Assembly (NCBI RefSeq): GCF_009914755.1
Contig: NC_060928.1
From: the human T2T-CHM13v2.0 reference genome, Homo sapiens
DNA: 64,000 nucleotides
Direction: 5' to 3' (one strand)
Position 1 is the stretch's first letter, and the number at the start of each line of letters is the position of its first letter. Positions 28,201 through 41,236 of the stretch are shown here, piece by piece. The notes under the pieces were generated by a model. That model did no database searches. It saw only the letters and a list, made by a program, of their open reading frames with translations, and was not told the origin of the DNA. Position numbers and translations under genes: made by a program.

Positions 28201-28676
28201 TAGAGTCTTCTATACCCCAAGATGACATAAGGAAAGGACCAGTCATCAAAAAAAGACTGTGCAGTCCTTACTCCACCGTGCCTGCTGAGGCAGGGAAGTG
28301 GACTGCACTAGTTGAAACAACAGGGCTAGAAAGCAAAAGGTTTGAGTTCAACTCTCAGTTTGTTGTCTATTGATTTATTTAGCAAATATTCCTGGGCTGC
28401 TTGCTAGTAAGTGGCGAGTAGGGATGGTGACGGTTAAAGCTGGCGGTGAGCAAAGGTGAGATCGTAGGATCTAGAAGGCCATACTATGTTGCATAGCCAG
28501 GGCAATGAGGTATGCTTTTGATTATTATTCAGTTAATATTTATTTCATTGTTTCTTGTATCCCCCGTCTTCTTTTTAGGTTCAACTTCTTTCTGAAGATC
28601 CCCCCTTTTAGTGGCTTTTCACTGATGTCTGTGAGGGGTAAACTCTCTCAGTCAAGAATGGATCCATTTTCAAGAC

Positions 28677-28997
<321 letters not shown>

Positions 28998-29004
28998 TGG
29001 GTAC

Positions 29005-29945
29005 ATTTTTCTTGGGGCCTGAAACTGATGCCATTTTGGATCCTCTTTAGGAAAAATAATACAAACTATGAATATAAAATTAAGAATGAAAATATTGACA
29101 ATGAGAAAAAAATCACTACAAATTATAAAGTTGGAAATGCTGACAAATAAAACAAACATAAAAAAATCCAGAAAGAATACTATTTTTTATTAATTAACTT
29201 GACTTTTTCCAACTTCTCATATTGGTGCCACTGGAGTGACGATGGTCATTTTGGAGATTTGACTAGTGGGAAGATGAGATGGTCTACATTTACTTTGGAT
29301 TTCATGAGATACATTAGGTGATCTGCAGTCCTTTTCATATATAGCTCAGTTATTCAGTTATTGCTGGGTGTACAGATGTTGGAATGGCTTCCAGAAATAC
29401 TCCTACCATCCACAGGCTGACTTGCCTGGCACACAGCATCAGAGATTGGATGGAGATGCAAATAATTCTACAATGTCTGGCACCAAAAATATGCGGATAG
29501 TGAAGAAACAAGATTTAAGATGTATGGAATCACAAGGTAGTCTGTAGAAAACTCTTCCACTTATCAGATATGTAAAACTGTAAGTAGAGGACTCATTCAT
29601 ATTCAATGCCTAGTCAAATGAAAGACTTTTTCCCACCAGAAATATATTTGAGAATGTGGTGCATACAATTATAAACACACCATAAATTTGCAGCTCATAT
29701 GTGAAAGAAATTCATAAAGGTCTTCCCAAAGTCAACAACAATTCTAAACATGTATATGCTAGTACCGAAAGTGAGCTGTAAAGCTGAAAAAAATTTTTTT
29801 AACTTTCAATAACTTAAAAACAAAGTTTGATCTGCCATGTTAGAAAGAAGACTGAATTATCCTTCTATTCTCTTTATAGAAAGTGACATTACAAAATCAT
29901 CATATTAAGAGATAATTAAAGGATACGTAACTAAAAATGAAAACA
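29005..29945 (+). mobile_element. hAT (Tip100-type; Arthur/Zaphod-like) DNA transposon relic with a transposase C-terminal remnant
   Basis: 29723 onward translates FPKSTTILNMYMLVPKVSCKAEKNF, then after frameshift KNKV*SAMLERRLNYPSILFIESDITKS, resembling the hAT dimerisation domain. Confidence 0.75.
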
Positions 29946-30029
29946 GTCTAAATGAAATATAGTATCCTTGATTGGATCCTAAAACTCAGCACGTTCAGCA
30001 CAATTTCTCTTGTGAGAGAGCAAAGACAC

Positions 30030-30392
30030 ATAAACAGAAATCATTGGTTGGAACTTCTGGGAAAACTTATGAAAGGAGCCAAGCCAAGACTGAAGGACAC
30101 ATAATCTTGCCCTTCACCTCTCCTCCTTCCTGCTGCTAGGAATGTCATTGTGATAGAGCTGCCGCAGTCATCTTGCAGCCATGAGGTGATATTAAAGGGA
30201 GAAGCCAATGTTAGAAATGGTGGAGCAGAAAGAGGAAAGGATCCTGGGTCATTGGTGATACGACGTAGCCACCATACCAACCCTGAATGGCCTATTCCAG
30301 ACACGTTCAGAGAATGAATTAACTATCTCTTTTAAGCAAACCATTAATTGGGATTGCTGTTACATGTAACTGAATCTAGTCCTAACTGATAA
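30030..30392 (+). mobile_element. MLT1J-like LTR
   Basis: gcagtcatcttgcagccatgagg...ggtggagcagaaagaggaaaggatcctgggtc...ctagtcctaactgata. Confidence 0.8.
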
Positions 30393-30699
30393 ATCACCTG
30401 ACCCCATCTTGGGGATCCAGGGACAATTTCCTGCAGATCATGAAAGATAATTAGGAAATAGGTCAGGTAAAGGGTAGTAGGAGCATTAGAGGCTCCAGAG
30501 TACAGGTTTTATTTAAAGAGCAGCAGAGAGCCACTGATGGGGTTTAAGGAGAATTTCAGTATTGGATTTTAGTACTGGGAAACAACAAATATAATTATCT
30601 CATTGGTAGCTATACTGAAGAGAGGGAAAGACTGAAGTCAAGAAAACTAGGCCGAGAGGTGATGTGACAATTTATGCCAGGAATAAGATCCTGAAATAA

Positions 30700-30935
30700 T
30701 GCTGCATAACAGTACTGAACGCCAAGGGCTGTGCCATCAGCAAGACCCGGGGGCCTATCTGGGCTTTGTCACTCATTAGCCATATGAACCTGAGCAAGTG
30801 ACTTAACTTCTCGATGCCTCTGTTCCTTCCTATTTCCATGATATTTCTAAAAGAATTGAATGAGGCCGTGTGTGCACAATGCTTAGGACAGTACATGTAA
30901 GGACTCACTAAATTATTGCTGTTATTATTGTTGCT
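30700..30935 (+). mobile_element. MIR
   Basis: gaacctgagcaagtgacttaacttctc...tgcttaggacagtacat...cactaaattattgctgttattatt. Confidence 0.75.
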
Positions 30936-31430
30936 GGGCCTGTGGCAGTGAAAGACAGGTTCTAAGCAATAAGATGAAATCAAGAGAATGCTGAGACCAG
31001 TTGGATGGAGAGAGGGGTGGATGAGACAGAAAGGAAGTAGAAATGTCTCTCGAATTTCTGTAGAAGAAACAATTTGGGGAGAAAGATAATGAGTCCAGTT
31101 TTGGACCTGTGGAGTTGGCAGTGTCTCTGGGCCATCCGCATGGAGATGATGGGTGTTCACCTGCACTGGCAGATACAGAGGGAGTGAGGATCTGAGTTGG
31201 AGATAGACTGGAGAGTCCTGGGGGTGGATGAGATCACAGGCCTAAGGTGAGTGTGGAGAATGAAAAGAAGACGGCAAAGAGGGAGCCCTGTGGGTGGTAG
31301 GGATGGATCAGAAGGAGCCAGCAAGGAACCAGAGGACGACAGGACAGAAAATCCTAAGAAAAGCCTTGGGAGTGGCCCCAGGAACTTCAAAGGAGACAGA
31401 AATTAAAGAAGTGTTAATTGCACTAAATGG

Positions 31431-31736
31431 AGACCTATGGCTCACGCCTATAATCCCAGTGCTTTGGGAGGCTGAGGCAGGAGGGTCACTTGTGCTCAGG
31501 ATTTTGGGACCAGCCTGGGCAACATGGTGAATGGTGAATCCCCATATCTACAAAAAAAAAAAAAAAAAAAAAAGCTGGGCATGGTGGTGCTCACCTGTAG
31601 TCCCAGCTACTCAGGAGATTGAGGTGGGAGGATGGCTTGAGCCCTGGAGGGAGACAGAGGTTGCAGTGAGCCAAGATCGCACCACTGCCCTCCAGCCTGG
31701 GCAACAGAGAGAAACCCTGTCTTAAAAAAAAAAAAA
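31431..31736 (+). mobile_element. AluJ with an A-expanded linker
   Basis: tggctcacgcctataatcccag...gaggtgggaggatggcttgagccc...poly(A); degenerate TSD tgcacKaaatg. Confidence 0.9.
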
Positions 31737-32491
31737 TGCACGAAATGCTGCAGAACCGTCCAAAAAAAATCTGTGATGTGAACATTGGGCTGAAGGGCAA
31801 AGAGGTCATTGGGGACCTTGGCCCCTGCCAGCTGGAGGTTATGATGGGGCTGGAAGGCAGAGTCTGGTTGGGGACAGGGGGCAGCGGTGGGGGAAAGTAA
31901 TTAGAACCAGGGATCAGGAAGAAAGCTTGTGTGAAGGTGGGAGAGAGTTCCGCAGTAGCCAGAGTTAATAAGGAGAGGAAAACGAAAGGAAAGTAAGGCG
32001 GAAGAAAATGGAAGGCAAGAAACCTAGGAAGACAAGAGCAGGCTTGATGTCCATGACAGGAACCCAAGCTGTCCCCGGGTCCTTGCCATGTGCCCAGAGT
32101 GTAGAAAATCGCCCCCCGTGGTTTGGGAAAGCCTGGCTGCCCAGCAGGGATAGGCGGAAAATTGGTGGGGAAAGTCTCCAACCTGAGCATGCATGGACAG
32201 AGCTCAGAGAATTCAATGAGGCCAGAAGGAAAGAGAATCATGGCTCCCATTTTCTGAGCACTCAACATAGCCAGGCACCTGGTGCCAAGATGTGGCAACC
32301 TACGAGGTCCTACCTATTTCACCAGTGAGCACCTGAGGCTCCATGAGGTTAAGGAACCGGCCAGCGCGGGCGGAACCAGGAACTTCAACCCTGTCTGAGC
32401 CCACAGAGGTAATCCTTAGTCACCAAGCGCCGCTGTGTAAGGGACAAAGACCGCACAAACGGCCGGAGAAGACGCGAGAGATGTGGCCCAA

Positions 32492-32984
32492 AGAGAGGGG
32501 ACGGGCCTGGGTGATTTTACACAGAGAGGGGACGGGCCTGGGTGATTTTACATAGAGAGGGGACGGGCCTGGGTGATTTTACATAGAGAGGGGACGGGCC
32601 TGATGATTTTATATAGAGAGGGGACGGGCCTGGGTGATTTTATATAGTGAGGGGACGGGCCTGGGTGATTTTATATAGAGAGGGGACGGGCCTGGGTGAT
32701 TTTATATAGAGAGAGGATGGGCCTGGGTGATTTTATATAGTGAGGGGACGGGCCTGGGTGATTTTATATAGAGAGGGGACGGGCCTGGGTGATTTTATAT
32801 AGAGAGGGGACGGGCCTGGGTGATTTTACATAGAGAGGGGACGGGCCTGGTGATTTTATATAGTGAGGGGACGGGCCTGGTGATTTTACATAGAGAGAGG
32901 ATGGGCCTGGGTGATTTTATACAGAGAAGGGATGGTCCTGGGTGATTTTATATAGAGAGGGGATGGGCCTGGGTGATTTTACGT
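32492..32984 (+). repeat. Minisatellite/VNTR, 16 units of 30-31 bp, consensus agagaggggacgggcctgggtgattttatat
   Basis: Units read at 32492, 32523, 32554, 32585, 32615, 32646, 32677, 32708, 32739, 32770, 32801, 32832, 32862, 32892, 32923, 32954. Confidence 0.97.
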
Positions 32985-33500
32985 GCGGATGCAGAGGAGG
33001 GGCAGCGTCGGGGCGGCGGAGTCCGACCTCGGGGGATTCACCCTGAGGGTTACAGGCAAGGCCGCTCCAGGCACGCAGCACCTGCCGGGCGCCACCCAGG
33101 AGGGGGCAGCAGCGCCATTCGCAAAGCCGGCCCGCTCCGCTCCGCTCTCAGGCTCAGGGCTGCGGAGACAGGAATCGCAGCTTCCCCTGGAAGGGGCGTC
33201 CCAGGGGACCTCCGCCAGGCCAGGGGAACCCGGCCTCCGGGCCTGGGTGAACGTGCCTTCCAGACCATCCTGGCAGGCCGCTGCTCCCTAGAGGCCTAAG
33301 GCGCTTGGGACAGCCTCCCACTCTACTCCTGAATCTCTCCTCCATCCCGGCCGGCCCCCACCCACCCCTGGTGGAACGGAGACCCCACGTCTTGCTCAGG
33401 ACCTTCGCCACAAGGCCTCCCTACTCTGCCGCAGTGAGCCCTGCCAGGGAGGCAGAGCAGCAGAGCCCACCCTGCCACCGCCGCAGGGGCCCTCCCCAGG
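32981..33500. promoter_or_regulatory. Small CpG-rich island-like segment (also CpG-rich at ~32355-32490)
   Basis: About 26 CpG by hand count in 32981-33300, far above the CpG-depleted background; GC-box-like ggggcgg at ~33010. Confidence 0.65.
33096..33110 (+). promoter_or_regulatory. Candidate CTCF binding motif
   Basis: CCAGGAGGGGGCAGC versus consensus CCASYAGRKGGCRS (one mismatch), inside the CpG-rich segment. Confidence 0.55.
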
Positions 33501-35324
33501 CTGGCCCTGCTGTCCCAAGGACTGATAGTCACCAGGCTGTACAAATATATCTCCTACAGCACATCGGATGCGAAGGGAAAACGGAGGATCACTATATTGC
33601 TTAGAACTAATCTGGTCTTTCTCTTCTGAGCCTCACCCACTAGTTAGTGGGATGGGAGGATAAATGAGATGTCCAATCCAGTTAAACTTTGAGCTGATAT
33701 TTTAAACCCTGCAGAAAGTGCTGGGTCTTTAGGAAAAGCGCTCAGTGTCTCTGAGAGCTGCTGCTTGCTCTGTCTCTCACTGCGGAGGCAGGGATATGGG
33801 GAGCGAGGGGGCTTTCCCCGCCGTGGCAGCAGAGCAGTGGGTTCCTTGGTCCCATGAAGGTCCCTGGCTGTGTGCCAGCTGCTGCCTGCTGGTCTTTGGG
33901 GAGACGTCCTTTTGTGGCCTGTGTCGTGCTGGACCTCCTGGCCTCCAGTACTGAATGTGTGGCCCATTCTTCCAGCCCAGGCAGTGCCCCGAGTGGGCTG
34001 CAGCCCCAGAGCTCTCCCCGTATCCCCCAATGGCTCTCCAGTCTGTTCCTGGGGAGGTCCAGCCCTTGGGCGTGACCGGGCGGTCACCTTGTCTCATAAC
34101 AGCAAGCTCACTGGTGGGTCCACTGGTTCCCGACTCAGCATCTGTGCCCCGTGGGACTGAAGGGAGCTCTGGGAAGCCCCCAGGCTGACCATAACGCAGC
34201 TCCTTTCCGGGGCTGCAGCCTGGGTTCTTAGGGGGCAGCTTGTGAAGTGGCTTCCTCTCGGAGTCCTGAAGGGTGACATCTCTAACGCTGTCCCTCTGCG
34301 GGCCCAGAGATGGGAAAGCCAGGTCTTCCATCAACTCTGTTGATGTCTTGGCTATTCTCAGCCAGTCCACGTCCTTCTCTTTTTAAAAGATTCCCAGGTA
34401 CAGAAAAAGCACGGTGGGCTTTCCCTTGACTTCTTTCTCTCCACATTTCCTCCTTCCAGACTCCCCTGAACCCTTAGTGACTGGCTTTGGTATCCAGCTG
34501 TGTATTTTGGAAATCCCTAGCTCAGCGCTTTAGGATTCACCTTGAAATACCAAGGGAAGAGGAAGAAGAATTTGAAAAATCCCGTCTCAGAATAATGGTC
34601 TGGCCTCTCAGGCAGGAACTTTCTGCATAACCTTATTTTGAATGACCAAAGCTCAGCATTGCCTGGGTGTCTCTTGGGATTCCTCCTGTAACCGAGTTGA
34701 ATCTGCCCACAATTTTCCCCTCTCCCCATCTCATCACGCCTCCTCCCCCTGCAGCCAGATATCTAGGGAGAACAGGGAGAGTGGGAACCGGAAGAGAAAG
34801 CATGTTACTGCCTTGAAATGGGATCCCCCTTCCCCTGTCTTGCAGTCTGAAGAACTCTGTTCTCATCAGGTCCAAATCACTTAGCTTTTCTTCTTTCTCT
34901 TATTGTTCTGTTAAAGCTCCAGCTATCTATCTCTACTCTCATCACTCCCCAGCACACCTCAGTCCACCCTACATACAGTATCGTCTCCAGTCCTGCACCT
35001 TCAGGTAAGGACCACGCTTTGTCTGATTCTTCGGATGCACAGCCCATGCTTTCACACTGCCATGCCATTGCTGCGCCGTGTCCCCACCTGAATTTTCTAT
35101 CTTCCAGTCCTTTTTCAAGGCTCATCTCAGTATCACTTCCTATGAGAAATCTTTCTCAAGTTTACTAAGTCAGATGAGACTTCTCCCTCCTCTAACGCCT
35201 GCACCACTCTGAATCTCTCACATCCTGCCTTGTATTTAGATATGTGTGTATTTATTTCCCAGCTAGGCTGGGATCACTCACTCAGCTACATATCTTCTGT
35301 ACGGTTGTGGATTAAATTAAATCA

Positions 35325-35632
<308 letters not shown>

Positions 35633-37647
35633 AATTAAATCGAATATGGTTATCAACAGGAATAAACCTAGATCCAGCTTTTAAGTAGGCCCAAAGCCCA
35701 GAGCACAGCACTTTACACAAATTATTGAATTTCTTTGGCCTCAGTTTCCTCCTTCGTTAAATAAATGAGTTGGTTTCCATAATGTCTTAGGTCATCTCTT
35801 TTTCTGACACTCTATATAATTTCATCCACTCTCTTCTGTGGTCTGTGCGTGCATGTGTGTGTGTGTGTAGGGAGGCAGGGCTAACTAACTGGAGAGGAAA
35901 GGTGGAGTAGTGGAATTGACACAAGCTTTAGATTCGGACAAACTTGAGTCTAAATCCAGGCTCAGGCACCCACCTGCTAGGTGACCTTGCACACTCTTAC
36001 CTGCTCTGAGTTAAATGGAAAATAGGATTGTTCACCCACTCAGTAAGCATTTACTCAGTCCTGCTAAGTACACACATCGCGTTGGTTATCAGAGGATATT
36101 GAGTAAATAAGACGTGTCCCCTCTCTGTAGCAGGCCAGAGTTCCTCAGAAGGAGATAAACCTATATCACAAGTAAGTGTCATAACATGCAGAAGTACTAG
36201 ATGGGAGAATGTTCCTGATACAGTGGGGCCCAAAGGAGGGAGAGACTAAATGGATAAACAGATTATAGGGACTGATCTCACTGGGAAGGTGACAGGGAAG
36301 GTTTCCCTGGAGAAGGGAGACCAGGAGGGAATACTCCTGGAACTTGTAGGTGGACGGGGAGACGCAAACCATGCCAGGTCTATTCCTGTCATCGTGAGTC
36401 TTCTTTGACCCACCTTGGTGAGGCCTAGGAATCTTGGATCCTGAATGCATTTCCAGAGAGGTGGTCACAGCTGACATCAGTCCTGTGGCTTGGCCTCTGA
36501 ATCTGTTGATTCCATTCTCAAACCTCAGTTCCTTTCCTCGTTGCAGATGAGTCGCCTCCAGTGCCCGAAGCAGCCTCCTCACCCTCTGTGTATCAAGACT
36601 GACCTGTGCCCCAGCTAATCTCTTGGGGAAGAGCAGTGCCTGATATAAGGCAATTATTACCATAAGAAGTGACCCCTCCCCTAACTGCCCCCTTTACTGG
36701 GTCCAGGGGAGAAGTCTTCTGCACAGAACCCACAAGAGTTTCTACCAAGGGACCATCTGAAAAACAACTCTAGCCAAAGGAAGCTGTTCAAACACCATCC
36801 ATTTTGACACTTGGCTGGATTAGCAAGCACCTCTTCCCTCAGAGAGTGGGAAAATTTCCAGAATTAGTCTGCCGGCAGAAAGGGAGGTTGAGCAAACAGG
36901 CATATTGTTTTTTCATAGCTGTCTCTCTTGCTAATGTTTGGTCAGCCAGCCGTGCATTTTTGCAGTGTTACATAGGCTTACGCTCAGCCTTCATCAGAGA
37001 ACAATTAGGACGAGTGTGGGGGAGGCCACAGGGTCAGGGATGACAGATGGGCCTCCACTTAAGCAGGTTAGAAGTTCAGTTGCTCAGGAGGAAGAAGACC
37101 CATCTTTGTCTGGGGAGCACAGGGTTGGGTAGAAAGGGGAAGAATGGAAATAAGGCAGAAGGCCTCTCTTTTCTGAAATATCCCTTAGGGATAAGTCCCT
37201 ATATCTTAAGCAGTTGTTTTAGTTTTCCCTGAAGAAGCATCAGCGGCCCTGGCTGAATCAAGAAGCCAGAGGCCTGGTGCCATTCTAAAATAGCAGCATT
37301 GCTATGCTTTCCAACTGAGGGATTACTCCTTGGTGAGCCAGAGAGCTTTGGAACATCGTTTGGAAGCAAAACCACATTTTTTTCAAAAAGAATTTTTTTT
37401 AAAGGAAATTTTACATGCAGTGAAGTCAAGGCTTAACTCTTGAGAGGAAGCAGTACAGGGACAGTCATTGGGTCTTTGCTGATGGAACGCTTGCTCTGAG
37501 TGGAGGGTGAGTTTTTCTTTGGTGAAAGGTCAGTTGAGGTGCCTATGAGAGGGGAGGGGCAGAGGGTACTGTTTTTTAGAAGGGTTGGTTAGGAGGAGGA
37601 AAGTACTGGTAGTTGGTAGAAAAGTACAGAAAGTAGAAAGAGAATTC

Positions 37648-38192
37648 TGTGAGTTAGCCTTTGCAGCATAACAAACTGCCTCGAAACTATGTGGCTGAAA
37701 ACAACCATTTTATTTGCTCAGGGTTCTGTGGGTCAGGGATTGGGTTTGGGCTCAGTTAGGTGGTTCTTCTGCTCATCTCACCTGGGGGTCATTCTTCTGG
37801 CTGCAGTCATTTGACAGCTCAAAATGGGGTTGGATAGTCTAAGTTAGCCTTACTTCTCTAGCAACAGATGCTGGCTGTTAGCTGGGCCATGTGTCTCCAG
37901 AGACCAGCCTTGGCTTCTTCACATGGTGTCTGGGTTCTAAAAGCAGCAAGAGAGAGGAAAAGGCTGACCTCACAATGGTTTTTCAAGTCTTGTCTCTTGT
38001 TCTGCACCCTCAGGTAAAGGCCACACTTTGTCCCATTCCCCTGATGCACAGCACATGGGATATTTACTGTCCTATTAGCAAAAGCAAGTCGTACAAGCTC
38101 CAAGTCAATGTGGGTGGGGACTGGACAAGAGTATGGATACAGGAGGAAGCCCTGGCTCCATTGGAAGCCATCACTGTAACTGCCAACCCACA
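37648..38192 (-). mobile_element. MLT1H/G-like solo LTR
   Basis: tgtgagttagcctttgcagcataacaaactgcc...ttctgtgggtcagggattggg...ggctccattggaagccatcactgtaac. Confidence 0.82.
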
Positions 38193-38509
38193 AGGGAAGT
38201 ACATCTTAAATGGACTTGGACACCCTAAGCTCAGTGGGATGCAAACCATGTGAATCAGAGTTATGAGCTAAAGTTGAGGAAAAAAGACCAGAGAATCATC
38301 TTGTTGAGTTTTGGAACAAGCCAGCTCTGTCCTGGGGATGCTGGGGTAGGGAGACACTGGGATTAGTAAGACTTGAATAACTCTAGTGAGAATCATTTTT
38401 AGCATCTCATAAAATTTATAAGTGTCCTCTTCTTCCACATTTACATTTATATCCAAATAGATATGACCTGAGACTCCTCAGGCCTCCCCAGACTATAGGA
38501 AAGATGGTA

Positions 38510-39020
38510 GTATGGCCATAGAGTCTAAATGGAAAAGCAGACACCATTTCCAGGTTTTACAACAGAAGCAATGGTTTATGCTGGTGATGGAAGGGCAGAG
38601 GACCAAAGGGAACAGTGCAACAGCCCAGGGATGAGCAATGGCAGGAGGTCACTACTTCTCTGAGATTGGAGAGGCAAAGAGAAGACACCAACTAATAGAG
38701 TCCAGAGACCAGGGTGACATGGTACAAACTACAGTCATAATGGACCTGTCTGATGGGAGCTGGAGCCGTGGAGAAGACAGAGCCACTGAGGGAGAAGCCA
38801 CCCAAGACTGAGAGGGAGTAAGAGCAGAAGCCTGGCTTCTTCCTTCCTTCCAACCCCTCATCTCCTGCCAGTGCCTTTTATGGGCTGCACCTGGCCAGAA
38901 CCCACTACTCTAGGAGCCTCTGAAACACAGCCTGCAAGGGTAGCCCCCTGTAATAGACAGTAGGAGCAATTCAAGGAATGGATCTGGGGCGGAGAGGCCC
39001 AGGACCAGCCCATGGAGCAC
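38510..39020 (-). mobile_element. Ancient ERVL-type LTR (subfamily uncertain)
   Basis: ggaaaagcagacaccatt, gggagctggagccgtggag, ctcatctcctgccagtgcct resemble LTR33/LTR41-class antisense motifs. Confidence 0.45.
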
Positions 39021-39699
39021 ATTCACAGTAATAACCCAAATATTACCCCTGCTTTATCAAGTAAGACTCTTTCCTCCCCACACAGTCCCACTGTAATTTC
39101 TGTGCATCTCTGTGGGTATTTCTTATGAGCATAAGAAAAACTTTGAGGTTGACATCCAAAAGCCATTGAGAAGGGGCGTCTCCCAGCCTGAGAATGCTGC
39201 TCTGCCCAGGCTGCTGTCTTCTGCCACCCTGAGGCTGAAAACACTGATGTGTCAATGTGGTACTGAACACTCCCACATCCTCCTTGAGACTGAACCTCAC
39301 TAGCCCACTCAGAAGTGGAGAGATGCCTTTTCCGCCCTGCCATTCTCTTTATAACAGTCCTTTATAAAAATAATTCATTCAGCCCCTCCTCAGACACTAT
39401 CTCTGAGACCAGGTCGAGGAGCACTGTACAAGGCTGACTCCCCATTCCCCCATCTGGTAGCATCTGACCAAACCATTCCCACATCCACCTTCCACCAGCA
39501 TACCTCCCTGCAAATCCACTCCTGGATGTTCACCTCCCCTTTACCAGACACATCCAGTCATACATGGATAAATCCCTGATGGGTTTGAGCTGGGACCACA
39601 CACTCAAACACACATGCGTGCATGCATACATATGTACACACAAGTATGTGCTCACATCATTACTACCACAACCTCTGCAAGAGTGCACAAGAAATGAGA

Positions 39700-39925
39700 A
39701 AAATGATCACTGATTAACACCTCCAATGTGTCACATAGTTTATACTTAACTCCTTTACTCCTGAAGAAAACCCTACAAATAGGCCTGATTCTCATTTACA
39801 GGTGAGAAAACTGAGGTGCATATTTCTGTGACTGGCTCTAGCTTACACAGTAAAGAAACAATAAGATCAAGATCTTAAGTCAGGTCTACAGAATACCAAA
39901 ATCCATATCCTTCCCCTACCACGTT
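39700..39925 (-). mobile_element. MIR
   Basis: attctcatttacaggtgagaaaactgaggtgca...agtcaggtct. Confidence 0.65.
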
Positions 39926-41236
39926 GTCTTTCAACCTATATGAACAACCTATATGAACAGCATTTTATTCTTGTCTTGGCACTATTTCTTATTGTCCTAG
40001 TAAGATTGAATAAACTGTTATTTCTAAGCCTTCTTATATATTTGAGTGCCAAAGAGTACCGTCTTCTGGTGAGTGGCCCCTAGATTTCAGCTTAGAGACT
40101 ACCTAAAAATAATCATAAGCAGTGTGCTGTTTCATGCTTCTATATTGTTTTCCAAAGATTTACATTGTTATTACAAGAGGGGCATACTGGAGGATAGCCC
40201 CTGGAGGTGATATCGTCTGGGATCTGGAGGCGATTGAGCATTGCTGTTGAGAACACAAACTTTGGCACTGAGCACAGCCTTGGGAAAGGAATTTTCCATG
40301 TGCACATTGTAGCTGCATTGTAGCTGGGAGTGTGGGTAATGGCCAGCACACGACTCACGGCCAAGCCAGGCCAACCCTGTAGAATCTTAGCAGCAGTATG
40401 GATTTGGAGAGGAGGGAGAGGTTGGGGAAGGCAGAGAGATTAGCCATTGCAATGAATGGTCCCCGTGAGAGGTGATGGGTGGTGATTCTCTAGTTCTGGG
40501 TCAAGGCTTCCCGTACTTGAAGGGCAAATGTGAGTAGCAGAGCTGCGGGAAATGAGGAATGCTGTTTCTAGGAAATGAATGTCCTCCTGGCATTCCCAGT
40601 CACTGTCCTTTAAGTTTGATGAGGCTGCCCCATGTTCTCAGACAACCAGGTCTGCTCTCAATAGCTGAGCCTTCAGCTACCTTGTTCACCACTTCATCCC
40701 TGGTGTCTGTGCATAGTAGGTGCTCAATAAAGACTTGCTGAATGAATGAACAAATCAAATAGATCAATTTAAGAATATATTATAAATTTCACCTGCACAA
40801 AGTCTTTCTTCTAATGACCATGTTAATACGGTGCAAGGCTGAAAACTTCAATGCATTTTATTTAGAAAATATTTTATAATATTAAGAAAACAGTATTACA
40901 GAATGATTAGGAATTGAAGGAGAAATAAATACTCATAATCACCCCTTTCCAGAGCAACTATTATTACACCATGTTTCCCTTGAATATTTGGTCAAGTGCT
41001 CCTGTAATTTTACATGCGTCCATTTATATGTGCATTTCATTTTGTTTCTTCTGTGTGTGTGTGTGAGTTTCACTGCAGGACATTGTACCATAGTATCTCC
41101 ATGTCACAACCTAATCTACATAAACATTTTACATTACCTCATTGCATAGCCTTAAAGTGAGGCCTTCGCAAATTCAACTCCTGTATCATCTCTGTTTCTC
41201 TTCCAAGGACTTTTTGGAACATGCGGGAATTTCTGC

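Larger units (their letters stand above)
30440..31960 (-). mobile_element. L2 fragments interrupted by a MIR and an Alu
   Basis: gagagccactgatggggtttaag, gataatgagtccagttttggacctgtggagttg, aagaggtcattggggaccttgg. Confidence 0.6.

Noticed and set aside
31591-32298. Longest ORF (235 aa, - strand)
   Set aside because: Its C-terminus is antisense Alu (LRQGFSLLPRLE...) and the rest is low-complexity L2/unique sequence with no recognisable domain.
32492-32984. CRISPR-like array interpretation of the 31-bp repeats
   Set aside because: Units are directly adjacent with no unique spacers and no cas genes; this is a eukaryotic minisatellite.
33644-34370. Overlapping 147-197 aa ORFs in the GC-rich region
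   Set aside because: Open frames in several phases are expected at high GC; no homology or coding pattern is visible.
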